A stretch of DNA of 64,000 nucleotides from NCBI GenBank assembly GCA_963674745.2, contig CAXXDV010000003.1, positions 192,001 to 256,000 on the forward strand. The letters run 5' to 3'. A program made the position numbers and the translations under genes. Below the pieces are notes generated by a model. It made no database searches and had not been told where the DNA came from. It saw only the letters and a list, made by a program, of their open reading frames with translations. Numbering within the stretch: the first letter of the stretch is position 1; every line of letters starts with the position of its first letter. Shown here one piece after another: positions 48,255 to 57,433 of the stretch. Source of the DNA: Desulfosudaceae bacterium. Its GTDB lineage: Bacteria > Desulfobacterota > Desulfobacteria > Desulfobacterales > Desulfosudaceae.

Positions 48255-48962
48255 ATGAACATGAAACCGGCTTTATTTCTTCATATTCAAAAGACGGCCG
48301 GCACATCTGTGGTGAAGATGTGCCGTGAATATTATGGAGAAACGCTTGTTTCGCATATCGATTACCGCGGGCGTAAACCCGAATCCTTTGAGGAAACGGG
48401 TTTTGTTTCCGGTCATTTCGGATATGGTTTTGCCCGACCGCTGATGGGCTCCCGATACAGCTTTACCTTTCTCCGTGATCCCGTGGAGCGCGTTTTATCG
48501 TTCTATTATTTCTGTTGCCGGTCCGATCCGGATGCCTATGAAATTTACCGGCTGACACAGGAAAATACAATAAATGATTTTCTGGACATGGGCCTGGATA
48601 ATCCCCGGGTCAAAACCCATATCTGGAACCATCAGACCTGGCAACTGGCCTGTGGATGGGGGAATCCTTCCCAAAAAAGCATATTGGATTACGACGGGGA
48701 GGCGATGCTGGGCGAAGCCAGAACACATCTGGCTGAATTCGATTATGTCGGTTTTACAGAATCGTTTGATCAGGATATTCATGTCATATTAAACAGTTTA
48801 GGCATCAGCCGATCCGCAAAGGCTTTAAAGACCAATGCGGGCGGTCCCAGACCCCGGAAAACCGATTTGTCCTCGTCCATCCGGGAACGGTTGGCCCGGC
48901 TGACGGAGCTGGATCAGACGCTGTACGATTCTGCTCTGGCCGGACGTTTAAAACGCGTCTGA
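48255..48962 (+). CDS. Sulfotransferase family 2 protein
   Basis: 5'-PAPS motif FLHIQKTAGTS, SGHF, 3'-PAPS motif TFLRDPVERVLS.Y, VG.TE, D..LY. Confidence 0.85.
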   Translation: MNMKPALFLHIQKTAGTSVVKMCREYYGETLVSHIDYRGRKPESFEETGFVSGHFGYGFARPLMGSRYSFTFLRDPVERVLSFYYFCCRSDPDAYEIYRLTQENTINDFLDMGLDNPRVKTHIWNHQTWQLACGWGNPSQKSILDYDGEAMLGEARTHLAEFDYVGFTESFDQDIHVILNSLGISRSAKALKTNAGGPRPRKTDLSSSIRERLARLTELDQTLYDSALAGRLKRV

Positions 48963-49048
48963 ACAGAATCCGGAACACCGCCGCCCCCGGCCTGGCGGAT
49001 TGGTATTGATGCCTTCCGGCTCAGCCGGTTGAGTTAAGGTGGAAATCG

Positions 49049-51028
49049 TTGTTTATGAGCGAACGAAAAGATCAGACCGTATACCTTCATCTGGGAACGT
49101 ATAAAACCGCCACTACTTTTCTGCAGCGCGTTTTGTGGAAGTCATACGATAATCCCGGCGGCGATATTTATTATCCCCGGGCCGGCATTTACGGAAACGC
49201 CCATCATTACCTGACAACAGAAAGTTTTCCGGGTTGGACCAACGGCGTGACGCCGGAAGAATACGAGCAGGCCTGGAAGCATTTGCTGGCGGATATCAGC
49301 GGGAGTAAGGCCGCATCTATTGTTATCAGCTCTGAGATGTTCTGCTCGCTCTCTTTGGCCCGGATACGTTATATAAGGGAGACGTTGCGCGACTACCCGG
49401 TGCGGGCGATTGTCTATTTAAGGCGCCAGGACCAATATATCTCTTCGATGGCGGCGCAAATGGTCAAAGGGTGTAACGGCAAACCTGAATACTACACGGA
49501 CTTGAACCGCGCCGTAAAATTCGTCCGGTCCGAAAAACAGTTTGATTATGAAATCATTTGTGACAAATGGGCATCAGTAATCGGGAAAGACAATCTGGTG
49601 GTGCGTCCTTTTGAGCGGAAGCAATTGCATAAAGAAGATATCCTGGCCGACTTTTTCCATTATCTGCTGGGCATGACTGTCCCTCAAAGCGCCGTTCTCC
49701 CGGAGCGAAACATAAATCCCCGGCTTTGTCGTGATGCCCTTGAATTCAAACAACTGGTTAATCGTCTGCCGACCGACAGGGATACCAAAATCGCCACCCT
49801 GCCCGGTCTTCTGGAATATTCACGGAAAATAGATTCCGGAACACAGAACATTTATCAGGAGCATGTGTTGCTGCCGCTGCCTGAGCGCCGGAAAATCCTT
49901 CACCAATGCGCGGACGGCAATGCTAATATTGCCCGCACCTATCTCGGACGGGAAGACGGTGTGTTGTTTATGGAACCGCTGAACGAACCGGTCGTTGAGT
50001 GGAAGCCATATCCCGGGTTAAATGTCGACACGATTGAGGCCATGGTCGGCTATCTGGGTGAGACCAATCCCGGTGTGGTAGAGCTTCTGGCGCGGGCGGC
50101 ATTGTCAGCTGACAAGAATGATGCCCAATTGCTGCCTCTGGTTAAAGTGTTAAAAAGATACGTGAATAAAAACAGGTCGATCGCTTCATTGATGCCGACA
50201 TCTTTGTTGCGTTCCCGCCCCATTCGTGTGCTGGGGCGATTTCTGGCCAAAACAAAGAAGGCTCCGGCGGTGGCGGCGCCTAAACACCAGCCGGAACAGG
50301 AAATCGCAAAACAGTTTGTCCCGGCCTTATTCCTGCATATCCGAAAGACAGGCGGTACCTCGATTGTCATGCAGGCCATGGACCACTATGGCTATGAGAA
50401 TGTGTGTGGTCATGGTGACTACATGGGCAAGCCGCCGCCGCATTTTAAAAATTTACCTTTTGTTTCCGGGCATTTCGGGTTTGATTACGCCAGGGAGTTG
50501 ATGCCCGGTCGGTTTTCGTTTACGTTTTTAAGGGATCCGGTCGAAAGGATTCTTTCCCTGTATTCTTTCTGCCGGGTTCAGGACCCGGAGGAATTCCCCA
50601 TCTACCGGGCGGCTTCGGATCATGACCTGGACGGATTTCTGCGGGCGGCTGAAGATGACGGCCTGGTCCGGGCTTATATCTGGAACAGCCAGGTCTGGTG
50701 CCTGGCCGCCGGACCCGGTTACGTTGAGACGCTGGAAACAGTGGCACAACCCGACGAAATGTTCAATCAGGCCCTTGAAAACATCAAACAGTTGTCGTTT
50801 GTCGGGATGATTGAGACCTTTGACGCGGACGCCGGATATATTATGCGGGCCTTGAACATGAACGCCGGCGAAAAAGTCAGAAAAGACAATGTCACCCGGG
50901 ACAGGATTTCGGTTGAAGGCCTTCCGGAAAAGACGTTGCAGCTGTTAGCGGACCTGACCGAATGGGACCGGAAACTTTACGACACCGTCCGGCGCAAAAG
51001 AGACCGGTTAGCATACCAGGCGGATTGA
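49049..51028 (+). CDS. Two-domain sulfotransferase-like protein
   Basis: N-domain LHLGTYKTATTFLQ...ISSE.F...YLRRQD; C-domain FLHIRKTGGTS...SGHF...FLRDPVERILS. Start TTG 49049 or ATG 49055. Confidence 0.82.
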   Translation: MFMSERKDQTVYLHLGTYKTATTFLQRVLWKSYDNPGGDIYYPRAGIYGNAHHYLTTESFPGWTNGVTPEEYEQAWKHLLADISGSKAASIVISSEMFCSLSLARIRYIRETLRDYPVRAIVYLRRQDQYISSMAAQMVKGCNGKPEYYTDLNRAVKFVRSEKQFDYEIICDKWASVIGKDNLVVRPFERKQLHKEDILADFFHYLLGMTVPQSAVLPERNINPRLCRDALEFKQLVNRLPTDRDTKIATLPGLLEYSRKIDSGTQNIYQEHVLLPLPERRKILHQCADGNANIARTYLGREDGVLFMEPLNEPVVEWKPYPGLNVDTIEAMVGYLGETNPGVVELLARAALSADKNDAQLLPLVKVLKRYVNKNRSIASLMPTSLLRSRPIRVLGRFLAKTKKAPAVAAPKHQPEQEIAKQFVPALFLHIRKTGGTSIVMQAMDHYGYENVCGHGDYMGKPPPHFKNLPFVSGHFGFDYARELMPGRFSFTFLRDPVERILSLYSFCRVQDPEEFPIYRAASDHDLDGFLRAAEDDGLVRAYIWNSQVWCLAAGPGYVETLETVAQPDEMFNQALENIKQLSFVGMIETFDADAGYIMRALNMNAGEKVRKDNVTRDRISVEGLPEKTLQLLADLTEWDRKLYDTVRRKRDRLAYQAD

Positions 51029-51087
51029 CCAAAGCGCCGATAATCCGGATATCTTTCCCGGGTGAGTCACCTTGAACCCGAGTCCCT

Positions 51088-51118
51088 GGCAAAAGGGCAC
51101 CCACAGGGGGGTGCCCCT
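51088..51118 (+). repeat. Right half of a B-type REP doublet
   Basis: GGCAAAAGGGCACCCACAGGGGGGTGCCCCT, identical to 34687-34717. Confidence 0.88.
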
Positions 51119-51281
51119 CATTAATTACGTCCTGCGCCTTGCACGAGCGCCCAAATCAACATGTGAAATATGCGGGCTAAGGGGTTTTGCTTATTGCAAG
51201 TCCGGACATAAAACAATATAATGCGTTGAAATAATATAATATAGGTCGGCAATAAGATTAAAACGCCTGGCCAGGAGGTGG

Positions 51282-52478
51282 TTGATGACAGACCTGTCTG
51301 AAAACAGCGGTTCTCCCCGCTATGTTTACAACAGCCAGAAAACATATCTGGATTTACTTGTAAAGTCCGTTTTGGGGCTGATTTATGAAGACCCGCCTTA
51401 TCCGCGTTTCGGGGATGAAGTGTTTAATCTGGATACCCGGCTAAAAGGCCTGGATTGGCCGACAAAGGCCCTTACCATGGTCGGCCTTAAACGGTTGATG
51501 AATGCCCGGCAACTGGCTGAAAATGTAATTTGGGAAAACGTGCCCGGCGATTTCCTCGAAGCCGGTGTCTGGCGGGGCGGCGTCGGTATCATGCTGCGGG
51601 GGGTTTTGTCGGCCTACGGTGTATCTGATCGTTGTTTATGGCTGGCCGACTCTTTTGAGGGGTTGCCACCGCCGGACAAAGACGCTTATCCGTCAGACAG
51701 TGCCTCCGAGTTTCACACCTGCCCGGAACTGGCGGTGAATATCGATCAGGTTAAAGGGAATTTTCGAAAATACGATCTGCTTGATGACCAGGTTGTATTT
51801 CTCAAAGGGTGGTTCAAGGACACCCTGCCTCAGGCGCCAATAGACAAGATCGCCCTGTTGCGCCTGGACGGGGACTTGTATGAATCAACCATGCAGGGCC
51901 TGGTTTCGTTATATGATAAAGTCAGTGACAACGGATATATCATTATTGACGATTATCATTGCGTGCCCCAGTGCGCCCAGGCGGTTGAGGACTTCTGCGC
52001 CAAAAGAAACATTTCCCCGGTCTTAAACGAAATCGACGGTGTCGGTGTCTATTGGCGCAAGCAATCCGCTTCGTCCGGATTGGCAGCGGATGCGTCCGGC
52101 GGCGATACAGGGGCGGCGGCAGACAGCGACGTGATGCAGCAGGACACGCATTATGTCAGAATCAATCAGGTCTTGAATAAGCGTTATGTCCAACTGGCTG
52201 AAAGGGATGCCATGATCGCCGAAAGAGATGCCCGACTGGCCGAAAAAGACGCCCTGATCGTGGAAAAGGACGTGGCGCAGGCGGAGTTGATCGCGGACCG
52301 TGACGAGCAGTTGGCCGAGCGTGATGCCCGGTTTGCGGAACAAAAAGCATTGCTGGCCGAACGTGACGTCAGCATACAGAATCTGGAGCATACCATTGAG
52401 TTGATGGAATACTCCAGGTCATGGCGTATTACCGCGCCATTGCGATATATCACAGGCCTGCTTTCCGGAAGAAAGTAA
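51282..52478 (+). CDS. TylF/MycF-family sugar O-methyltransferase with a coiled-coil tail
   Basis: TMVG..RL, VPGDF.E.GVWRGG, DSFEGLP, GWFKDTLP, LRLDGDLYEST, IDDY; heptads xAE(R/K)Dx; terminal S.SWRITAPLR. Confidence 0.9.
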   Translation: MMTDLSENSGSPRYVYNSQKTYLDLLVKSVLGLIYEDPPYPRFGDEVFNLDTRLKGLDWPTKALTMVGLKRLMNARQLAENVIWENVPGDFLEAGVWRGGVGIMLRGVLSAYGVSDRCLWLADSFEGLPPPDKDAYPSDSASEFHTCPELAVNIDQVKGNFRKYDLLDDQVVFLKGWFKDTLPQAPIDKIALLRLDGDLYESTMQGLVSLYDKVSDNGYIIIDDYHCVPQCAQAVEDFCAKRNISPVLNEIDGVGVYWRKQSASSGLAADASGGDTGAAADSDVMQQDTHYVRINQVLNKRYVQLAERDAMIAERDARLAEKDALIVEKDVAQAELIADRDEQLAERDARFAEQKALLAERDVSIQNLEHTIELMEYSRSWRITAPLRYITGLLSGRK

Positions 52479-52483
52479 TAAAT

Positions 52484-53428
52484 TTGTGTGTCAGTGTCAT
52501 CATCGTCAATTATAACAGCGGCCGGCTGCTGGCACGATGCCTGAAGTGTCTTGCGCGGCAGACAGTGACGCCGCAACAGGTGATGGTTGTCGATAATGCC
52601 AGTACCGATGGCTCCTGTGATCTGATTGAAACGCTCGACGGGATGACGCTTGTCCGGGCGGAGACAAACCTGGGGTTTGCCGCGGGAAACAATCTGGCAC
52701 TGGCCCGGTGTAGCACCCCGTTTGTCGCGCTTTTAAATCCCGATGCCTTTCCCGAACCCGACTGGCTGGAATCACTCCTGGACGCGGCGGAGAAATATCC
52801 GCAATACGCCATGTTCGGCAGCCGCCTGGTGTCGGCGGAAAACCCCCGCCTGCTGGATGGTGACGGGGATTATTACCATGTCAGCGGTATTGTCTGGCGG
52901 GAAGGCCATATGCGGCCGGTTAAAGCGCCGTCAGCGCCTCGGGAGGTCTTTTCCCCGTGCGCGGCAGCGGCCTTGTATCGGACCGAAGCCGTTAGGGAAG
53001 CCGGCGGTTTTGACCCGGATTTTTTCTGCTACCTGGAAGACATTGACCTGGGTTTTCGTCTGCGCTTGAAGGGGTATCGTTGCCTGCAGGTGCCGCAGTC
53101 CGTGGTTTACCATATGGGGTCGGCCGTTACCGGGGGGAAACGGGGTGATTTTGCGGTATATTACGGTCATCGAAACCTGGTCTGGGTATATTTCAAAAAT
53201 ATGCCGTCGTATCTGTTCTGGCTGTTTTTACCGCTGCATGTTTTCATGAACCTGATCAGCCTCGGCCTTGCTTTTAAAAGAGGCCAGAGCAGGGTCATGG
53301 CGCGGGCCAAGTTCGACGCCGTTACCGGTATTCCCCGGGCCTGGCGGAAAAGAACCGGGATACAGGGAGACCGCAGGGTTTCCGCCATTAACCTTTTTAA
53401 AGTTATGGATAAACGCATTCTCCGCTGA
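52484..53428 (+). CDS. GT2 glycosyltransferase (rhamnosyltransferase-like)
   Basis: SVIIVNYN, VVDNASTDGS, NLGFAAGNN, LLNPDA, GGFD.DFF.Y.ED.DL..R. Start uncertain (TTG 52484). Confidence 0.88.
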   Translation: MCVSVIIVNYNSGRLLARCLKCLARQTVTPQQVMVVDNASTDGSCDLIETLDGMTLVRAETNLGFAAGNNLALARCSTPFVALLNPDAFPEPDWLESLLDAAEKYPQYAMFGSRLVSAENPRLLDGDGDYYHVSGIVWREGHMRPVKAPSAPREVFSPCAAAALYRTEAVREAGGFDPDFFCYLEDIDLGFRLRLKGYRCLQVPQSVVYHMGSAVTGGKRGDFAVYYGHRNLVWVYFKNMPSYLFWLFLPLHVFMNLISLGLAFKRGQSRVMARAKFDAVTGIPRAWRKRTGIQGDRRVSAINLFKVMDKRILR

Positions 53429-53484
53429 CATGGGGTGTACGGAATCCGTGAACGGACATAAAATCCGGGAAAAGAACTGAAAAT

Positions 53485-54387
53485 ATGTCTCTGGTATCCA
53501 TTATTATCGTCAATTTTAATGCCGGGCAGGGGCTGGTCTCCTGCGTGTCTTCCATCATTGATGCGACCGATGGGGGCGAGATTATCGTGGTCGATAACAA
53601 TTCCGCGGATACCAGTATGGATGATCTTGTGGCCGCTTACGGCAGCGAAAAAAGACTGAAAATCATTCGCAACAATGCCAACCTGGGATTTTCAAAGGCC
53701 TGTAATATGGGCACCAGGGCGGCTTCCGGTGACTTTTTGCTGTACCTGAACCCGGACTGTCTTATCGAAAAACAGACAATTCCTGAACTGAAGGCTGTTT
53801 TTGAGCAACACCCGGATGCCGGCATGGCCGGCGGCCGGCTGCTGAATCCGGATGGATCGGAACAGGCCGGCAGCCGGCGGGATATCCCCACCCCCTGGCG
53901 GTCGTTCGTTCACCTGTCCGGTCTTGTATATTTTAGCAAGTTATTTCCCGGGGTGTTTTCGGGTTTTTTACGCCACCGTGAGTCCGTGCCGGAGGCCGAG
54001 ATTGAAGTCGAGGCGGTTTCCGGTGCCTGCATGATGGTGCCGCGAAAGATTATTGACGATGTCGGCGGATTTGATGAAGCCTATTTTCTGCACGTGGAAG
54101 ACCTTGACTGGTGCCTGAGGATACGGCAGAAAGAATGGAAAATATTTTTTGCACCCCGGGCCCGGGTGACGCATGCCAAGGGCGTGTGCAGCGCGCGGCG
54201 ACCGGTATTTGTTGAGTGGCACAAACACCTGGGGTTGACCCGGTTCTTCTGGAAGTTTTTCAGGCACCAGGGGTTTGGCCTGGTGTTGCCGGTGGCCGTG
54301 GCCGGCATCTGGAGTCATTTTCTGCTGGTAGCGGTGTTCCGGTTTGTGAAAAGAGGGTTGCCTATCGATGGCCCCTCGACTCCTTGA
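53485..54387 (+). CDS. GT2 glycosyltransferase (WbbL-like)
   Basis: SIIIVNFN, VDNNS.D, NLGFSKACN, LNPDC, SGACM, FDE.YFLH.EDLDWC.R. Confidence 0.88.
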   Translation: MSLVSIIIVNFNAGQGLVSCVSSIIDATDGGEIIVVDNNSADTSMDDLVAAYGSEKRLKIIRNNANLGFSKACNMGTRAASGDFLLYLNPDCLIEKQTIPELKAVFEQHPDAGMAGGRLLNPDGSEQAGSRRDIPTPWRSFVHLSGLVYFSKLFPGVFSGFLRHRESVPEAEIEVEAVSGACMMVPRKIIDDVGGFDEAYFLHVEDLDWCLRIRQKEWKIFFAPRARVTHAKGVCSARRPVFVEWHKHLGLTRFFWKFFRHQGFGLVLPVAVAGIWSHFLLVAVFRFVKRGLPIDGPSTP

Positions 54388-54460
54388 ACCCTGGAACCCT
54401 GCGCGTCAATTGAATTTGGAAAGAACCTTAAAAAGAAAACATTAGACAGGTTAGAAAGAT

Positions 54461-55339
54461 ATGTCCGAAACAATCCTGGTGGCCGGAGGGACGGGTTTTA
54501 CCGGCAGTCACACGGTGCCGTTGCTGGCCCGCCGGGGTTACAAACTGCGTTGCCTGGTTCGACCGGACAGTGACACCCGGCACCTGGAAAGCATCGGGGT
54601 GGAACTGGTGCATGGCGATCTTGACGCCCCGGAAAGCCTGAGCCGGGCCTTTTCCAACGTTTCCGCTCTAATCAGTATGGTCGGCCTTCATACCGGGCAT
54701 GCCGTCCCGCTGGTGGATTTGGCGGTCGCAGGAAACATTAAAAGAGCCCTGTTTGTCAGCAGCACATCTGTTTTTACCCGGCCCGAAACAAAGACCAAAA
54801 TCAATCTGGTAAAAGCGGAAAAGCATATCCTTGCCAGCGGGCTGGACCATACAATTATCCGGCCGACCATGGTTTACGGCACCGATCAGGACGGCAATAT
54901 CAGCCGTTTGATCCAATATCTGGCCCGATGGCCGGTGCTGTTTATCCCCGGCCCCGGGACCTGTCTGGTGCAGCCGATCTTTGTGAAAGACGTGGCCGGG
55001 GCTATTGCCGATGCATTTCAGGCGTCCGTAGCTATCGGCAGAAGCTACAATATATCCGGTCGGGCGCCGTTGACTTTCAATGCCCTGGTGGATACGGTGT
55101 TATCCGTGCTGAAACGAAAAGTCGTCAAAGCCCATCTGCCGGTTTCACCGCTGGTCCGTGCCTGCAAATGGGGCGAATCCAGAGGGTTTCCGTTTTTTGT
55201 GCGGGCGGACCAGATTGAACGGCTGAACGAAGACAAGGCCTTTGCATATGATGAAGCGGCCAGGGATTTCCAGTTTTCGCCGGTTCCCTTTGAAACCGGT
55301 GTAAGACGCCAGATTGAATCCATGGACTTGGGGCTGTAA
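54461..55339 (+). CDS. NAD(P)-dependent epimerase / atypical SDR oxidoreductase
   Basis: GGTGFTG, LVR, GDL, K..AE, TIIRPTMVYG, QPIFV.DVA. Confidence 0.82.
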   Translation: MSETILVAGGTGFTGSHTVPLLARRGYKLRCLVRPDSDTRHLESIGVELVHGDLDAPESLSRAFSNVSALISMVGLHTGHAVPLVDLAVAGNIKRALFVSSTSVFTRPETKTKINLVKAEKHILASGLDHTIIRPTMVYGTDQDGNISRLIQYLARWPVLFIPGPGTCLVQPIFVKDVAGAIADAFQASVAIGRSYNISGRAPLTFNALVDTVLSVLKRKVVKAHLPVSPLVRACKWGESRGFPFFVRADQIERLNEDKAFAYDEAARDFQFSPVPFETGVRRQIESMDLGL

Positions 55340-55510
55340 AAGCCTTTTTGGTTCGCAACTTGATGATTTCGGGCGGCTGCAAAACCCCTGGCTAAATTTC
55401 TCGAACTCGGGCTGACGCCCTCGAACAGCGAGAAATTTTTTACGCCAGGGCTTTTTCATCCTTTATCCCCGAAACCATCAAATGTTGCTCACCAAAAAGG
55501 ACTTTTACAG
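55334..55510. mobile_element. MITE-like palindromic element, 177 bp
   Basis: Terminal inverted repeats CTGTAAAAG-CCTTTTTGGT / ACCAAAAAGG-A-CTTTTACAG, with nested internal complementarity (GCAAC/GTTGC, TTGATG/CATCAA, CCCTGGC/GCCAGGG, AATTTCTCG/CGAGAAATT); non-coding. Confidence 0.7.
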
Positions 55511-55634
55511 GGTGGGCGTACCTTTTGTGGAAGATAATGCGTTTATTTTGTGGCATTTTGTTGATTATCTTTCCAAACAAAGTTATCTAAATCAAAAGCA
55601 TGTCTCTTAGAACAAAAATGAGAGTAATATCCTC

Positions 55635-56618
55635 GTGATGGTCAACAACTTGTCAATATATGGCCTGGCGTTGGCGGCAGGTGGCGCCGGTGCTCTGGCC
55701 GTGGCGATTTTCGGGAAGAAGTGGGCCCTGCTGGATAAACCAAACGAACGCAGTTCCCATCAGCGGGCGGTTCCCAGGGGTGGTGGCATCGGGATTCTGG
55801 CCGCTTTTATCGTTTGTTCGTTGTTACTGTCCGTTCCTCCTGGTTTTTGGGTTCCGGCCGCTATCCTGGCGCTGGTCAGCTTCATTGGCGACCGGTTTGA
55901 GGTCAGTGTATCCATACGGCTGCTGGCCCAGTTTTTCATGGCTTTGTGCTTTCTTTATTTTGCCGGCGGGATCCATGTTAAAAGCTTCCCATGGGTGGTT
56001 TTACCGGTTTTTTATCTGTTGTTTATCGTGGGGACGGCCAATTTTTACAATTTCATGGACGGTATCAACGGTATTGCCGGTATCACGGGAATGGTCGCTT
56101 TTGGCCTGATGGGCGCATACGGCGTCTTAAACGGCAAGGACGCCGCCATGATTACCTTATGCCTTTGCCTGGTCTGGGCCTGTGTCGGCTTTCTGCCCTT
56201 TAACCTGCCGCGGGCCCGTGTGTTTCTGGGGGATGTCGGCAGTATTCTGATGGGATTTGTTTTTGCCTGCCTGGTGGTCAGGTGGGCCGCCTCGTTTTCC
56301 GAAATTCTTGTACTTTCCGGCTTCCTGTTCCTTTTTTATGCCGACGAGCTGGTCACGCTGGTCGAGCGGCTTTGCGACGGTGAATCTCCGACCCGGGCCC
56401 ATCGCCGGCATTTGTACCAGGTCCTGGCCAACGAAGGGGGGCTGGCACACTGGCGGGTAAGCACGGGATACGGGCTGGCACAGTTACTGATCGGGCTGGT
56501 TGTATGGAAGGTCGGTGATAGTGGCAGGCTTCCGCTTCTGGGGGTACTGATTCTGTTTCTGATTGTTTTTATTGTGGTCAATAACAAAATCAAAGATCGC
56601 TATTTACCGCGAGGGTGA
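55635..56618 (+). CDS. MraY/WecA-family (WbpL-like) undecaprenyl-phosphate sugar-1-phosphate transferase
   Basis: D.PNERSSH...PRGGG, N.YNFMDGINGIA, GFL.FN.P.A.VFLGDVGS, AHR.H.YQ. Confidence 0.9.
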   Translation: MMVNNLSIYGLALAAGGAGALAVAIFGKKWALLDKPNERSSHQRAVPRGGGIGILAAFIVCSLLLSVPPGFWVPAAILALVSFIGDRFEVSVSIRLLAQFFMALCFLYFAGGIHVKSFPWVVLPVFYLLFIVGTANFYNFMDGINGIAGITGMVAFGLMGAYGVLNGKDAAMITLCLCLVWACVGFLPFNLPRARVFLGDVGSILMGFVFACLVVRWAASFSEILVLSGFLFLFYADELVTLVERLCDGESPTRAHRRHLYQVLANEGGLAHWRVSTGYGLAQLLIGLVVWKVGDSGRLPLLGVLILFLIVFIVVNNKIKDRYLPRG

Positions 56619-56621
56619 TTT

Positions 56622-57419
56622 ATGGGGATAATACTTTCCAAGTTTGTTCCGGTTTTTCTGTTCCCGCTGGGCCTGAGCATTGTGCTGCTGGTTATCTGCC
56701 TGTTCGGTTTATGGGGGCTGAACTACAGACAAAGAAAAAAGAAAGTCGCTTTTCTGCTGGTTGTCTGCCTGGTCATACTGTGGACAGCCGGTTGCCCGCT
56801 GGTTGCGGACCGTCTGATGGCGTCTCTGGAAGGCCGCTATGTCTCAAAAGCGGTTTCGGCTTATCCCGGGGCGGGCACGATTGTCGTTTTAAGCGGCGGT
56901 GTGGCCGGACAGCAGACCGGTAGGCGGGCGGTCATTCCCGGGCGGGCCTTTGACCGGTTATATCTGGGTTATCAGCTTTATCAGGCCCAAAAGGCACCGC
57001 AGGTGATACTGTCCGGCGGCGGTGTTCTGTGGAAACGCAAATCCGGGGCCTTGTCCGAGTCCGAAAGAATGTTCGCCCTGGCCCGGCAACTGGGTGTGCC
57101 GCAAAAACATCTGGTCATCGAAAGCCACAGCCGGAATACCCGGGAAAATGCCTGGTTTTCAAAGGAAATCCTCCGGGACAGAGGCTGGGACAACAACGTC
57201 CTGCTGGTTACGTCGGCCTTTCACATGCCCCGGGCGCGGGCCTGTTTCGAAAAACTGGGCATGACGGTCATCCCCTGTCCCGCCGACTTTAAAGGGGATC
57301 CTTTTCACCTGCCGACCGGCCTTGACTACCTGCCCGATGCTGCGGCCCTGGAAAAGACGACCATTGTTTTGAAAGAGTATATCGGGTGGGTGTACTACCG
57401 GCTTCGCGGCTGGCTCTGA
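56622..57419 (+). CDS. YdcF/ElyC (DUF218) family membrane protein
   Basis: IVVLSGG, ILSGG, E..SRNTRENA, LVTSAFHMPRA, KEY.G..YY. Confidence 0.88.
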   Translation: MGIILSKFVPVFLFPLGLSIVLLVICLFGLWGLNYRQRKKKVAFLLVVCLVILWTAGCPLVADRLMASLEGRYVSKAVSAYPGAGTIVVLSGGVAGQQTGRRAVIPGRAFDRLYLGYQLYQAQKAPQVILSGGGVLWKRKSGALSESERMFALARQLGVPQKHLVIESHSRNTRENAWFSKEILRDRGWDNNVLLVTSAFHMPRARACFEKLGMTVIPCPADFKGDPFHLPTGLDYLPDAAALEKTTIVLKEYIGWVYYRLRGWL

Positions 57420-57433
57420 TTATCTGCTTTTCT

